NCBI GenBank assembly: GCA_026398785.1
Contig: JAPLSF010000183.1
Coordinates: 1-44,573 of the forward strand
From: Pseudomonadota bacterium
GTDB taxonomy: Bacteria; Pseudomonadota; Gammaproteobacteria; Steroidobacterales; Steroidobacteraceae
Length of the DNA: 44,573 bases
Direction: 5' to 3'
Shown here: piece after piece, positions 19,485-28,728 of the stretch
Position numbering within the stretch: the stretch's first letter is position 1
How the letters are laid out: every line of letters begins with the position of its first letter
Position numbers and translations under genes: made by a program
The notes under the pieces: generated by a model
Database searches by the model: none
What the model saw: only the letters and a program-made list of their open reading frames with translations
Told to the model about the DNA's origin: nothing

Positions 19485-20048
19485 CTATTGCGCGATCGGC
19501 GGTGCGTTCACTGGCGCCGTCGACTCCGCCACGGCCTTGAGCTGCGCGAGGCCTTGCTCGTAATCGGGCCCGACCATGCGGTCGAGTGCCAGGCCGAAGT
19601 AACGGCCGAGCAGGCTGCCTGAAAAATCGGTGTCGAGCGTCCAGGTGACGCGGGTGCCCGTGCCTTCCGGCACCAGGCTGATCGTCGCCGTCGTCGGGTT
19701 GTCCATGCCGAAGTCGAGCTTGTTCGTAACGCGCTGCCCCGGCTCGACGTCGATCACTTCCTGGCTGCCGTTGCCGACGTCCGGATTGGCGCTGGTCCAT
19801 TCCATGCGGGCGCCGACGCCCGTCTCGGGGCCGCTGTAGGTGTACTTCGTGTTGGGATCGAGCCCGGCCCACGGCGACCATTCATTGAAGCGCTTGAAGC
19901 CGTCGACCAGGCCAAAGACCGTCTCAGGGCTGGCCGCGGTCGTCATCGAGCGTTCGATGTGCGCTGTCTTCGGCAGGAACAGGCCCGTCACCAAGAACAA
20001 CGCCACCAGCCCGAGAATCAAAAAGAACAGCCCCTTCAGGATCTTCAT
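19485..20048 (-). CDS. SRPBCC (polyketide cyclase/START-like) family protein with an N-terminal membrane anchor
   Basis: The anchor MKILKGLFFLILGLVALFLVTGLF is followed by the SRPBCC-type start IERSMTTAASPETVFGLVDGFKRFNEWSPW. Confidence 0.8.
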   Translation of the reverse strand: MKILKGLFFLILGLVALFLVTGLFLPKTAHIERSMTTAASPETVFGLVDGFKRFNEWSPWAGLDPNTKYTYSGPETGVGARMEWTSANPDVGNGSQEVIDVEPGQRVTNKLDFGMDNPTTATISLVPEGTGTRVTWTLDTDFSGSLLGRYFGLALDRMVGPDYEQGLAQLKAVAESTAPVNAPPIAQ

Positions 20049-20111
20049 CGCGCCTTTCCCCTGATCGAAGCGCGGCCGGTCGCTGAATCGCGCTGCTGCC
20101 TGGCCCGAAAC

Positions 20112-20942
20112 TCAGCCCGAAGGCGGCGGCGCACCCGGACTCGGATCTTCCATCGGATAGGTCTTGGCGGGTTCGTTGGCCGGTGCGGGCACGGGCGTGA
20201 CGGCCGGCGCCGGGCCAACGGCGGGTGCAGCCGGTGCGGTCTTCGAGGCCGGAGCGTTCGTCGCGCGCGTCAGCGCTGCGGTAAATTCCTGCGCGGCCGG
20301 CGGCACGTTCGTGACCCTGCCTTCCAGGATCTGCGACGCAAGCACGCCCGAAATCCCGTACGCCGATTCATTGGCGCCCCTGTCGATCGCGATGACGGTG
20401 CCGTCGAGCGCGACGCCGACAAAGAGGCCAGAGTTGCGTGAGTAGGACAGCACCTGCGCGCTGAACGTGGCGTCCGTCGCCGCAGCGGAAGAGCGGCCGA
20501 GCGGTCCGGCGGCGACGCTGGCATCGGCGCCGAGCGTCACTTTGCCGCCGGCGATGCCCTCGACGCTCTCCCGGGACATCAGCACCAGGACGACGTCCGT
20601 CGACTGCACGCCGAACTGAAAGCCGAAGTTCACGCCACCGAGGGTCACGAAGGTCGGGAGGCTCCACGCGCCATCGGGGTTGCGGACGGCCATGACACCC
20701 TTGCCACCGCGTCCACCGATGGTGAGAGCGGCCTTGACCACGTTCGGTACGACCACGACGCCATAGGCGCGTTCGAGCAGCCAGCCGGGGATGCTCTGCT
20801 CGGTAAGGTCGACGAAGGACTCGAAGACCCGCTGCGATTTCTGCAGCCTCTGATCCGTCCTGGAGTCCGCCTGCGCCAGCGTGGGCAGGACGAGGGTAAC
20901 TGTCAGCAACAGCGACAGGCACGTGGCGAGGATTCTCTTCAT
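20112..20942 (-). CDS. SYLF (DUF500/Ysc84-like) lipid-binding domain protein, secreted, with a Pro/Ala-rich tail
   Basis: I chose the internal ATG at 20942, which gives the signal peptide MKRILATCLSLLLTVTLVLPTLAQA. SYLF-like blocks include YGVVVVPNVVKAALTIGGRGGKGVM and GADASVAAGPLGR. The tail reads APAAPAVGPAPAVTPVPAPANEP. Confidence 0.8.
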   Translation of the reverse strand: MKRILATCLSLLLTVTLVLPTLAQADSRTDQRLQKSQRVFESFVDLTEQSIPGWLLERAYGVVVVPNVVKAALTIGGRGGKGVMAVRNPDGAWSLPTFVTLGGVNFGFQFGVQSTDVVLVLMSRESVEGIAGGKVTLGADASVAAGPLGRSSAAATDATFSAQVLSYSRNSGLFVGVALDGTVIAIDRGANESAYGISGVLASQILEGRVTNVPPAAQEFTAALTRATNAPASKTAPAAPAVGPAPAVTPVPAPANEPAKTYPMEDPSPGAPPPSG

Positions 20943-21207
20943 GGTGGTCTGGGTAATGTGCAAGGTGATCATTCCCGTGACTTTAACAGAATGCGCCCGC
21001 AGATCGTCCGCGCGGGTGGGCGTGGCCGCGCGCGACAGGATAAGCTTGGCCCGGGGGACGCTCTGCGCCGGACCAGAATGAATACCCTTCGCCCTTCGCC
21101 AGGCCCCACCCGTGCGTGCCCGGGAATGGCTGGTCACGCCCGTCACGCCCTGAGCGAGACTGCCTGGCCGTTCCGGGCCTGTGCTGTAAGCCTGCGTTGC
21201 GGCGCAG

Positions 21208-22404
21208 TCAGGCCGCGCCTTTGGCGCGCAATTCCGCGATCGCCGCTGCGTCATAACCGAGTTCTCGCAGCACGGCCTCGGTGTGTTCACCGAGTTGCGG
21301 CGCACGCTGACTCGGCAGCCGCTCGCCGTCCAGCTTGATCGGGTTGGCGAGCACGCGGTAACCCGCCTGCGCCGGGTGGGGCAGGTCCTTCACCATCCCG
21401 ATGGTTCGAAGATAGGGATTTTCGAGCGCCTGCGGCAGGTCGTAGACCGGGGCGGCCGGCAGCACACCCTGCAACTTGCGGAGCCAGTCCGCGGTGGTCG
21501 CCGTCGAGAACACTGCGTCGAGCACGGCCGTCAATGCGTCGCGGTTCGCGCGTCGCGCTTCGACCGTCGCGTAGTCCGCGTGCGTGCCGAGCTCCGGCCG
21601 CTCCAGTGTCCGGACGAGTTCGCTCCAGAACTTCTGTGTCATGCACATGATGAAGATCCAGCCGTCGCTGGTGCGCTGCAGTTGCACCGGCACGGTCGAG
21701 GGATGCGCGCTGCGCGGCAGGCGCTCGGTGCGGTAGCCGGAGTTCAGGTACCACGCACCCGGGTAGGTGAGCTGATGCAGCGCGACGTCGAACAGCGAGA
21801 CGTCGATGTCGTGACCGCGGCCGCCTTTCAGCACGCCGACCAGCGACGACAGGATCGCGACCGCCGTGGTGATGCCGGTCATGTAGTCGACGATCGAGAG
21901 ACCCATGCGCGCGGGAGGCGAGCCGGGCTCTCCGCTCAGGTGCAGGTAACCCGCTTCGGCTTGCATCAGGTAGTCGTAGCCCGGCCAGCCCTTGCGCTCG
22001 TTGTCGCGCCCGTAGGCCGACAGGTGCGCGCAGAGCACGCGCGCGTTGATCGGGCCCAAGGCTGCGTAATCGAGGCCGAGCTTCTCCGGTTGGTCGCCGC
22101 GCAGGTTGTTCAGCACGACGTCCGCCGTTCGGACGAGTCGCTGGAACGCTTCGCGCCCGGCTGCATGCTTCAGATTCAGCGTCACGCTCTTCTTGTTCAG
22201 GTTGAACGCCTGGAAGAACTGGCTGTCGTGCTCGCCGAGGAAGAACGGACCCATCGAGCGCGTGGCATCGCCGCCCTGTTCGCGGTTCTCGATCTTGATG
22301 ACCTCGGCGCCGAGGTCGGCGAGATACATCGAACCGAATGGCCCTGCGCCGAAGTTCTCGAAGGTCAGGACACGCAGGCCGGTGAGGGGCAGGGAGGACA
22401 ACAT
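21208..22404 (-). CDS. Type III (CaiB/BaiF family) CoA-transferase
   Basis: The start is at ATG 22404. The N-terminus LTGLRVLTFENFGAGPFGSMYLADLGAEVIKIE and the catalytic-Asp region GLSIVDYMTG are typical of family III CoA-transferases. Confidence 0.9.
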   Translation of the reverse strand: MLSSLPLTGLRVLTFENFGAGPFGSMYLADLGAEVIKIENREQGGDATRSMGPFFLGEHDSQFFQAFNLNKKSVTLNLKHAAGREAFQRLVRTADVVLNNLRGDQPEKLGLDYAALGPINARVLCAHLSAYGRDNERKGWPGYDYLMQAEAGYLHLSGEPGSPPARMGLSIVDYMTGITTAVAILSSLVGVLKGGRGHDIDVSLFDVALHQLTYPGAWYLNSGYRTERLPRSAHPSTVPVQLQRTSDGWIFIMCMTQKFWSELVRTLERPELGTHADYATVEARRANRDALTAVLDAVFSTATTADWLRKLQGVLPAAPVYDLPQALENPYLRTIGMVKDLPHPAQAGYRVLANPIKLDGERLPSQRAPQLGEHTEAVLRELGYDAAAIAELRAKGAA

Positions 22405-22414
22405 CGGGCGGGCG

Positions 22415-22909
22415 TCAGAGGTCGAGCGCGAAGTAGCGGTCGCAGGCGAAATGGCCCGTCGCGCCGAGCGGACCGCAGAGTGACTGGAAGCCCGCGGTGG
22501 CATAGAGGTGCTGTGCGGCATCCATGCCGGTGAGCGTCTCGAGGTAACAGCGGCGATAGCCAAACTGGCGTGCGGTAGCGGTGCAGTGCTGCAGCATGCG
22601 TCGGCCCTGGCCATGCCCGCGCACCTCGCCCAGGAAATACATCTTGCGCAACTCGCACACGGCGGGATCGCCGCCCGCGAGCGGTGCAATGCCGCCGCCC
22701 CCGACGACCCGGCCGTCACGCTCGAGGACAAAATACGCTGCCCGCGACACGGAGTACGCGACGCTCAGGTGGTCCACTTCAGGATCGTTGATGGCGAACC
22801 CGGGCCCATTGGCGCCGAACTCGGGCATCACCGTACGAATGACCCGCGCCATCGCCGCGTCGTCGGCGGCGCTGATCGGTCGGAGCACGAAGTCGGTTGG
22901 GGTGTTCAA
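22415..22909 (-). CDS. GNAT-family N-acetyltransferase
   Basis: The 164-aa product has an acetyl-CoA binding block (ELRKMYFLGEVRGHGQGRRMLQH). It ends 10 nt upstream of the CoA-transferase gene, so the two are probably co-transcribed. Confidence 0.85.
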   Translation of the reverse strand: MNTPTDFVLRPISAADDAAMARVIRTVMPEFGANGPGFAINDPEVDHLSVAYSVSRAAYFVLERDGRVVGGGGIAPLAGGDPAVCELRKMYFLGEVRGHGQGRRMLQHCTATARQFGYRRCYLETLTGMDAAQHLYATAGFQSLCGPLGATGHFACDRYFALDL

Positions 22910-22942
22910 GCGGCGCTGAGTTTAGCACCGCGGACCCGCGCG

Positions 22943-22976
22943 CCTCCCTCTCCCGCCGCAGCGGGAAAGGGAGGGG
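22943..22976 (-). terminator. Strong GC hairpin downstream of the TonB-dependent receptor gene (terminator or REP-like)
   Basis: CCTCCCTCTCCCGC (22943-22956) pairs with GCGGGAAAGGGAGG (22961-22974) around the loop CGCA (22957-22960). The stem is 14 bp with one mismatch. Two extra G residues (22975-22976) are included in the range. It starts 10 nt after the receptor stop. Confidence 0.45.
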
Positions 22977-22985
22977 AGTGCAAGG

Positions 22986-25580
22986 TCAGAACCGGTAGTT
23001 CAGCTCGACGCCGTACGAGCTGCCGGGCGCGTTGTGGACGAACGAGCCACCGAACTCCGGTGCCGGGATGATCTCGGCGAGGTAGTCCTCGTCGCCGACG
23101 TTGCGGCCCCACGCGGTCACGCCCCACTGCTCGGCCTGCAGCGTGAGGCGGGCATTGAACACCGCGTACGGGTCGCGCACCTGCTTTGAAAATTCGCCCT
23201 GGCCGAAGCCGAAATAGCCGAACAGGTTCGGCAGGCGCTGCTCCTGCACCGGGTGGAACCAGGTCTCGCCGACGAACGAGCCGTCGATGCGCGCAATCAG
23301 CGACAGCGCATCGGTGAGCGTGAACGTGGCTTCGGCGCCGATGTTGCCCGTGTACTCCGGTGCGTACGGCACTTCGCCGCCCTCGGTGTACGGGCGGCCC
23401 GTGTACTTGTCGATCTTGCCGTCGGTGATGCCGTAACCCCCGAACACCGTGAACATGTCGTTGATCTGCCAGCGGGCGTCGATCTCGGCGCCCTTGATCG
23501 TGACTTCGTCGATGTTGGTCACGGCGCGCAGCAGGCCGAACGGGCCGGCGAAGAAATTGAAGAACTGCATGTCGTCAACCTTGGTGTAGTACAAGGCCGC
23601 ATTCACGCTGACCGACCGATCGAGGAAGTAGGACTTGAAGCCGAGTTCGGCGGCCTTCGAGAGCTCCTGCTTGAATGTGTCGTTGACGTCGGTGAGGTTG
23701 AGCTGGGACGACGCGGTGCAGGCGGGTGCGTAGACGGGTCCGTTCGGGCCGGTGGTGTTGTCGCCGAGGCAGAGCGGCGTTCTGCCGGCCAGTCCGTAGA
23801 ACGTGTCGACGGTGGCGGCGCTGCCCGACGAGTTGAAGCCGCCGCTGCGGAAACCGTAGCCGTAGGACGCGAACACCGCGAAGTCTTCGGTGAGCTTCCA
23901 GTTGGCCGTGAGCTTCGGCTGCAGCTGGTCGAACGTCTCGCTGCGGTTCGGGATGCCGGACGTCGCATACGCCGAGTTCACCGTGTAGGCCGGATTGATG
24001 TAGGGGTTGCCGCCGAATGCAAAGCTCGGCGTCTGCGCGCGGCACGACGTGAGGTCGGTTGCCGTGCAGACCGGCACGTTGTTGCTGACTTCGCGGTCTT
24101 CGCTGTCGTAACGCAGGGCGAGGGCCAGTTCGAGGTTGTCCATCACGTCGTAGGCGAGCTGGCCGAACACGGCGTAGACCTTGCTGCTGAAGTCGTCGTC
24201 GTACAGCAGGTCGGTCGGGTTCGGGCCGGCGCTCGAGACGAACGGACGGGCCTTGAAGCCCTGCGCGAGGTCGGAACCCTGCGACACGACCACGTGGCGG
24301 TCGATATCGGCGAAGTACGCCCCAGCAACCCAGCGCAGCGACTGATCGCCGGGGGAGGTGAGTCGGACTTCGAGGCTCAGGTCTTCCTGGTCGCGCTGCT
24401 GGTACTGGTAACCGCCGCAGGTAGACGGGCCGTACGGCGGCAGGAAGCCTGCTCCGCCGCCGCCTGCAGGCGTGAACCAGATGCTCGTCGGGATGCCGAA
24501 GAACGGAGCTTCGTAGCCCGGATCCTGCAGGTTCGCGTCGTTCGACGCCTGGCAGGTGGCGTCGGCCGCGTACAGCAGGAACGCGTCGCTGGTGCCGTCG
24601 GTCAGAAAGTAGTTGGTCTGGTCGTTGTAGGCCAGGTAACTCGTGAGCGTGCCGATGCCCACATCCCAGTCGCCCTTGATCGAGAGGTTGATGTTCTCCT
24701 GCTCGTTCTGCGGATCGACGTTGTTGATGTAACGGAAGTTGTGCTTGTTGGCGTCCTCGTAGAACGCGGGGCCGACGAACGGCGCGACGTCGGCGAGCGC
24801 GATCGACGCGTTGAAGTTGATGGCGCCTGAATCGAGCTGCGAGTACTTGGCCTTGACGTCGATGTCGCCACCAAGGACTTCGAACAGCAACCGGCCGGAT
24901 ACTCCGGTTTCCTCGAAGCGGTCGACGCAGTCGTCACAGTTGTTCTTGAGGTTCTTCCACTGGCCGTCGGTCTTGCGCGTGTAGGCGGAGAGCGAGCCCT
25001 TGACGCCGTCGGTGAGCCCGCCACCCAGATAGATACTGCCGTTGTAGCTGTTGTCGGAGCCGTAGCCCGCCCTGAGGTCGGCCTCGAACTCGTCGCCCGG
25101 CTTCCGCGTCGTCAGGATCAGCGCGCCGGCGAGGGCGTTGCGGCCGTAGAGCGCGCCCTGCGGTCCCTTGAGGACTTCGATTTGCGTGACGCCCGACAAC
25201 TCCTGGTTGAGCGCGTTCGGGTTGGTCTGCAGCACGCCGTCGATGACGAGCGCGAAGTTGGTCTCGGAGTCGCGGCCCGTATTGATGCCGCGGATGTTGA
25301 CCTGCATGTCGCCGGCTTCGGCGGTCTGCACCTGCGACACGCCCGTCGTCAGCGCGATGAAGTCCTGCGGACGTTGGATGCCGGCGCTCTTGATTTCTGC
25401 CGCCGTGAAGGCAGTGATCGAAACAGGCACGTCCTCGATGCGCTCTTCGCGCTGTCGCGCGGTCACCACGATTTCTTCGAGCTGACCGGTTTCTGCAGCC
25501 TGCAATACCGTCGGCACCGCGACGAGCGACGCGCCGTGCGCGGCGGCGAGGGCGAACAATCGAGTCTTGCCATGTTTCAT
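22986..25580 (-). CDS. TonB-dependent outer-membrane receptor
   Basis: It has a signal peptide, a TonB-box/plug region (LEEIVVTARQREERIEDVPVSITAF; IEVLKGPQGALYGRNALAGALIL) and an 864-aa barrel ending in the canonical aromatic terminus (ELNYRF). Confidence 0.9.
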   Translation of the reverse strand: MKHGKTRLFALAAAHGASLVAVPTVLQAAETGQLEEIVVTARQREERIEDVPVSITAFTAAEIKSAGIQRPQDFIALTTGVSQVQTAEAGDMQVNIRGINTGRDSETNFALVIDGVLQTNPNALNQELSGVTQIEVLKGPQGALYGRNALAGALILTTRKPGDEFEADLRAGYGSDNSYNGSIYLGGGLTDGVKGSLSAYTRKTDGQWKNLKNNCDDCVDRFEETGVSGRLLFEVLGGDIDVKAKYSQLDSGAINFNASIALADVAPFVGPAFYEDANKHNFRYINNVDPQNEQENINLSIKGDWDVGIGTLTSYLAYNDQTNYFLTDGTSDAFLLYAADATCQASNDANLQDPGYEAPFFGIPTSIWFTPAGGGGAGFLPPYGPSTCGGYQYQQRDQEDLSLEVRLTSPGDQSLRWVAGAYFADIDRHVVVSQGSDLAQGFKARPFVSSAGPNPTDLLYDDDFSSKVYAVFGQLAYDVMDNLELALALRYDSEDREVSNNVPVCTATDLTSCRAQTPSFAFGGNPYINPAYTVNSAYATSGIPNRSETFDQLQPKLTANWKLTEDFAVFASYGYGFRSGGFNSSGSAATVDTFYGLAGRTPLCLGDNTTGPNGPVYAPACTASSQLNLTDVNDTFKQELSKAAELGFKSYFLDRSVSVNAALYYTKVDDMQFFNFFAGPFGLLRAVTNIDEVTIKGAEIDARWQINDMFTVFGGYGITDGKIDKYTGRPYTEGGEVPYAPEYTGNIGAEATFTLTDALSLIARIDGSFVGETWFHPVQEQRLPNLFGYFGFGQGEFSKQVRDPYAVFNARLTLQAEQWGVTAWGRNVGDEDYLAEIIPAPEFGGSFVHNAPGSSYGVELNYRF

Positions 25581-25852
25581 GTGTGGTCCCCGTACTGAAA
25601 GGTCGGATGTGCCCCAGCGGGCAAGCTCCCCATGCTCGCGGCGAACATACCATCGGTGCCCGAGAAGTTACAATATAAGTAAGACAATAGGACAAGCAGG
25701 CGTGGGTGAAAACCGCTCATGCCAATGTTGCCCCGTAGCAACAGTTGGTCGGGTGCCGGCTCTGCTAGCATTCGCCGAGCCGTTCTTCCCCGATTCATCA
25801 CCACCGCCCGCCGCGCTCCGGACCTCACTTACGTTTTCCGCCCCTCGCGGCC

Positions 25853-28603
25853 ATGGCACGCAAAGACATTTCGTTCACGGCAAAGGATGCGGCGCTCCGC
25901 GAGGACGTCCACACGCTCGGCGGCCTGGTGGGCGAGGTGTTGCGGGACCAGGGCGGCGACGCCTTTTTCGAGGAAGTTGAGGGTGACCGTCAAATAGCCA
26001 TCCGTCGCCGCGACGGCGATCCGGAAGCCGCTGTGCAACTGGTCGTGCGGGCCGACAGCCGGTCGGCGGAGCAGGCCGCCGAACTGATCCGGGCGTTCGG
26101 CACGTGGTTCCAGATGGTCAACATGGCCGAGAAGGTGCACCGGGTGCGCCGGCGGCGGCAGTACCTCAACGACAGCAGCACCCACCAGCCCGGCGGTCTT
26201 ACCGAATGCTTCCAGAAGCTGCGCTCGCTCGGTTATAGCCTGTCGCAGGTGGTCGAGCTGCTCGGGCGCCTGAGCATCGAGCCTGTTTTTACCGCTCACC
26301 CCACGGAATCGACGCGCCGCACGCTGCTGCGCCAGCAGCAGCGCATTGCGAGCCTGCTCCTGACGCGGCTCGATTCGTCGCTGACACCGGTCGAGCGCCG
26401 CACGACGCTCGAGCGGGTGCGCGGCGAACTCACGACCGGCTGGCAGACTGCCGACAATTCGCGCGAGAAACTCACCATCGCGGACGAGCGCGAGCACGTG
26501 CTCTTCTTTCTGGTCGAGATCGTCTACGACGTCATCCCGATCTTCTACGAGGAGATCGAGGAATCGCTGGTGCTCATCTTTGGTGACGAGGCGCGGGATG
26601 CGCAGGTCCCGGAATTGCTGCATTTCGGCTCGTGGGTCGGCGGCGACATGGATGGCCTGCCGGACGTGCACGCCAAGACCATCCGCGAGAGCTGCGCCCG
26701 TCATCACGCACTGATCGTCAATCGCTATTTCCTCGAGGCGCAGCGCCTCGCCGAAAAGCTGAGCCAGAGCGAGCGGCGCACGCCGGACATCCCGCAGCCC
26801 CTGCGTGATCGCGTCGAACACTACAAATCGGTGGTGCCGGCCGCGCGCGCGAGCGCACCGTCGGGCCACGATGAGATGCCGTACCGCGTGCTGCTCGGCC
26901 AGATTGCGGAACGGTTGCGCGCCACGTATGACCACCGCTCGGGCCAGTACGAGCGCGTCGAGCAGCTGACCGACGACCTGCAGATCATCGTCAACAGCCT
27001 CGAGGCCAACCGTGGCCGCTACGCCGGGCTGTTCCTCATCCGCCGCTTCCAGCGTCGAGTGCGAACGTTCGGGTTGCATCTCGCGACACTCGACGTGCGC
27101 CAGAATGCCGAGGTGCACCGGCAGATTGTCGGTCGCGCCCTCGCGGAACCGGGCTGGGATACGCGCCCGGCCGCGGAGCGCGTGGAACGGCTGCGGGACG
27201 CGCTGGCCCGTGACGAATCGCCGCCCGAAGTGCTCGAGGCCGCCGGCAAGCGCGCACTCTGGGTATTCGAGGCGATGGACTATTGCCGGCACCGGTACGG
27301 CCAGGCCGCGGTCGGCTCGTACGTCGTCAGCATGGCGCGCGACATCGACGACGTGCTCTCCGTGCTGCTGCTCGCCCGTTGGGCGGGCCTGGTCGACAGC
27401 GGCAACGGCCAGGTCTCCCTCGACGTCGCGCCGCTGTTCGAATCGGTGGCCGCGCTCGATGCGGCGGGTCCGACGCTAACGCGGCTGCTCGCCGACCCGA
27501 TCTATCGCGACCACCTGGCCGCGCGCGGCAACCGGCAGGTCGTGATGATCGGCTACGCCGACAGCAACAAGGAATCGGGAATTGCCTCATCACGCTGGCT
27601 GCTGCGCAGGGCGCAGGAGGCCATGCTCGCCGCATGCGCCAAGGCGGGCGTGCACCTGATGGTGTTCCATGGCCGCGGCGGGGGAATCAGTCGCGGCGGC
27701 AGCCGGACCGAGGCCGTCGTGAGCAGCCTGCCCACGGCCGTCGCGGGCGGACAACTGCGCGTTACCGAACAAGGCGAGACGATCAACGACCGCTACGGCC
27801 TGCAGCCGATCGCGTTGCGCACGTTCGAGCAGGGCCTCAACACCCTCGCTTTGGCTGTCGCGGGTGAGCGGCGCGAGACCGTCAAGCCGGGCTGGCAGGA
27901 CGCGGTGCAGCTGCTCTCGGACGCGAGCCGGACGCGTTACCGAGGTTTCGTGCATGACGATCCGGGCTTCTTCGAATTCTTCCAGGCGGTGACGCCCGTC
28001 GATGTGATCGAACGCATGCAGATCGGCTCGCGGCCCCTGATGCGGGGCAGTGGCAGTGGCGTCGACACGATCCGTGCGGTGCCGTGGATGTTCGCGTGGT
28101 CCCAGAGCCGGCACATGCTGCCCGGCTGGTTCGGCGCGGGCAGCGGCCTGGCGGCAGTCATCGACGCCCATGGGGAAGCGCTGGTCGGCGAGATGTACCG
28201 GGACTGGCCGTTCTTCGCAGGGCTCCTGGACGACGTCGAGATGCGGCTCGCCCGCGCCGACATGGACATCGCCTGGCATTACGAGCGCTTGTACCAGGGC
28301 GACGTCGAACGGTATTCCACGGCGATCCGGCAGGAGTACGAACTGACGCGCCGCCTCGTCCTGCAGCTCAAAGGCTGCGCGCGGCTGCTCGATGCGGAGC
28401 CCACGCTGCAGCGATCGATCTGGCTGCGCAACCCGTACGTGGATCCGATCCACCTGATGCAGGTGCAGTTGCTGCGCCGCTGGCGCGCAGCGGGCTCGCC
28501 GAACGGCAAGCATCGCGCAGGCGACGACCCGAACTGGCGGCTGTTTCCGGCGCTGGTGGCGTCCGTGAACGGCATCGCGCACGGCCTGCAGGGCACGGGC
28601 TGA
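25853..28603 (+). CDS. ppc: Phosphoenolpyruvate carboxylase
   Basis: The 916-aa product has PEPC signatures (VFTAHPTESTRRTLL; VMIGYADSNKESG; FHGRGGGISRGG) and a C-terminal end GLQGTG. Confidence 0.95.
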   Translation: MARKDISFTAKDAALREDVHTLGGLVGEVLRDQGGDAFFEEVEGDRQIAIRRRDGDPEAAVQLVVRADSRSAEQAAELIRAFGTWFQMVNMAEKVHRVRRRRQYLNDSSTHQPGGLTECFQKLRSLGYSLSQVVELLGRLSIEPVFTAHPTESTRRTLLRQQQRIASLLLTRLDSSLTPVERRTTLERVRGELTTGWQTADNSREKLTIADEREHVLFFLVEIVYDVIPIFYEEIEESLVLIFGDEARDAQVPELLHFGSWVGGDMDGLPDVHAKTIRESCARHHALIVNRYFLEAQRLAEKLSQSERRTPDIPQPLRDRVEHYKSVVPAARASAPSGHDEMPYRVLLGQIAERLRATYDHRSGQYERVEQLTDDLQIIVNSLEANRGRYAGLFLIRRFQRRVRTFGLHLATLDVRQNAEVHRQIVGRALAEPGWDTRPAAERVERLRDALARDESPPEVLEAAGKRALWVFEAMDYCRHRYGQAAVGSYVVSMARDIDDVLSVLLLARWAGLVDSGNGQVSLDVAPLFESVAALDAAGPTLTRLLADPIYRDHLAARGNRQVVMIGYADSNKESGIASSRWLLRRAQEAMLAACAKAGVHLMVFHGRGGGISRGGSRTEAVVSSLPTAVAGGQLRVTEQGETINDRYGLQPIALRTFEQGLNTLALAVAGERRETVKPGWQDAVQLLSDASRTRYRGFVHDDPGFFEFFQAVTPVDVIERMQIGSRPLMRGSGSGVDTIRAVPWMFAWSQSRHMLPGWFGAGSGLAAVIDAHGEALVGEMYRDWPFFAGLLDDVEMRLARADMDIAWHYERLYQGDVERYSTAIRQEYELTRRLVLQLKGCARLLDAEPTLQRSIWLRNPYVDPIHLMQVQLLRRWRAAGSPNGKHRAGDDPNWRLFPALVASVNGIAHGLQGTG

Positions 28604-28625
28604 CTCCGACTGCAGTTTTCCCTTG

Positions 28626-28654
28626 TTGACTGCGCAGGGCGTGAGGAATAGCGT
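28626..28654 (+). promoter_or_regulatory. Candidate sigma70-type promoter for the H1-like gene
   Basis: TTGACT (28626-28631) is separated by a 17-nt spacer from TAGCGT (28649-28654). A GGGAGA Shine-Dalgarno sequence lies about 8 nt before ATG 28729. Confidence 0.3.
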
Positions 28655-28728
28655 CCTCAAGTCAGGCGCGACGGTGCCCGCCACCGACGCAACTCACGCC
28701 AACCAAAGGCAAAGGGAGATCGATTCAC

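Noticed and set aside
25581-25852. A riboswitch or Fur box upstream of the TonB-dependent receptor genes (this region and 11822-11934).
   Set aside because: I could not find the B12-box or TPP core motifs, or a 19-bp Fur-box-like GATAATGATAATCATTATC match. The 11.8-kb region is too short for a riboswitch.
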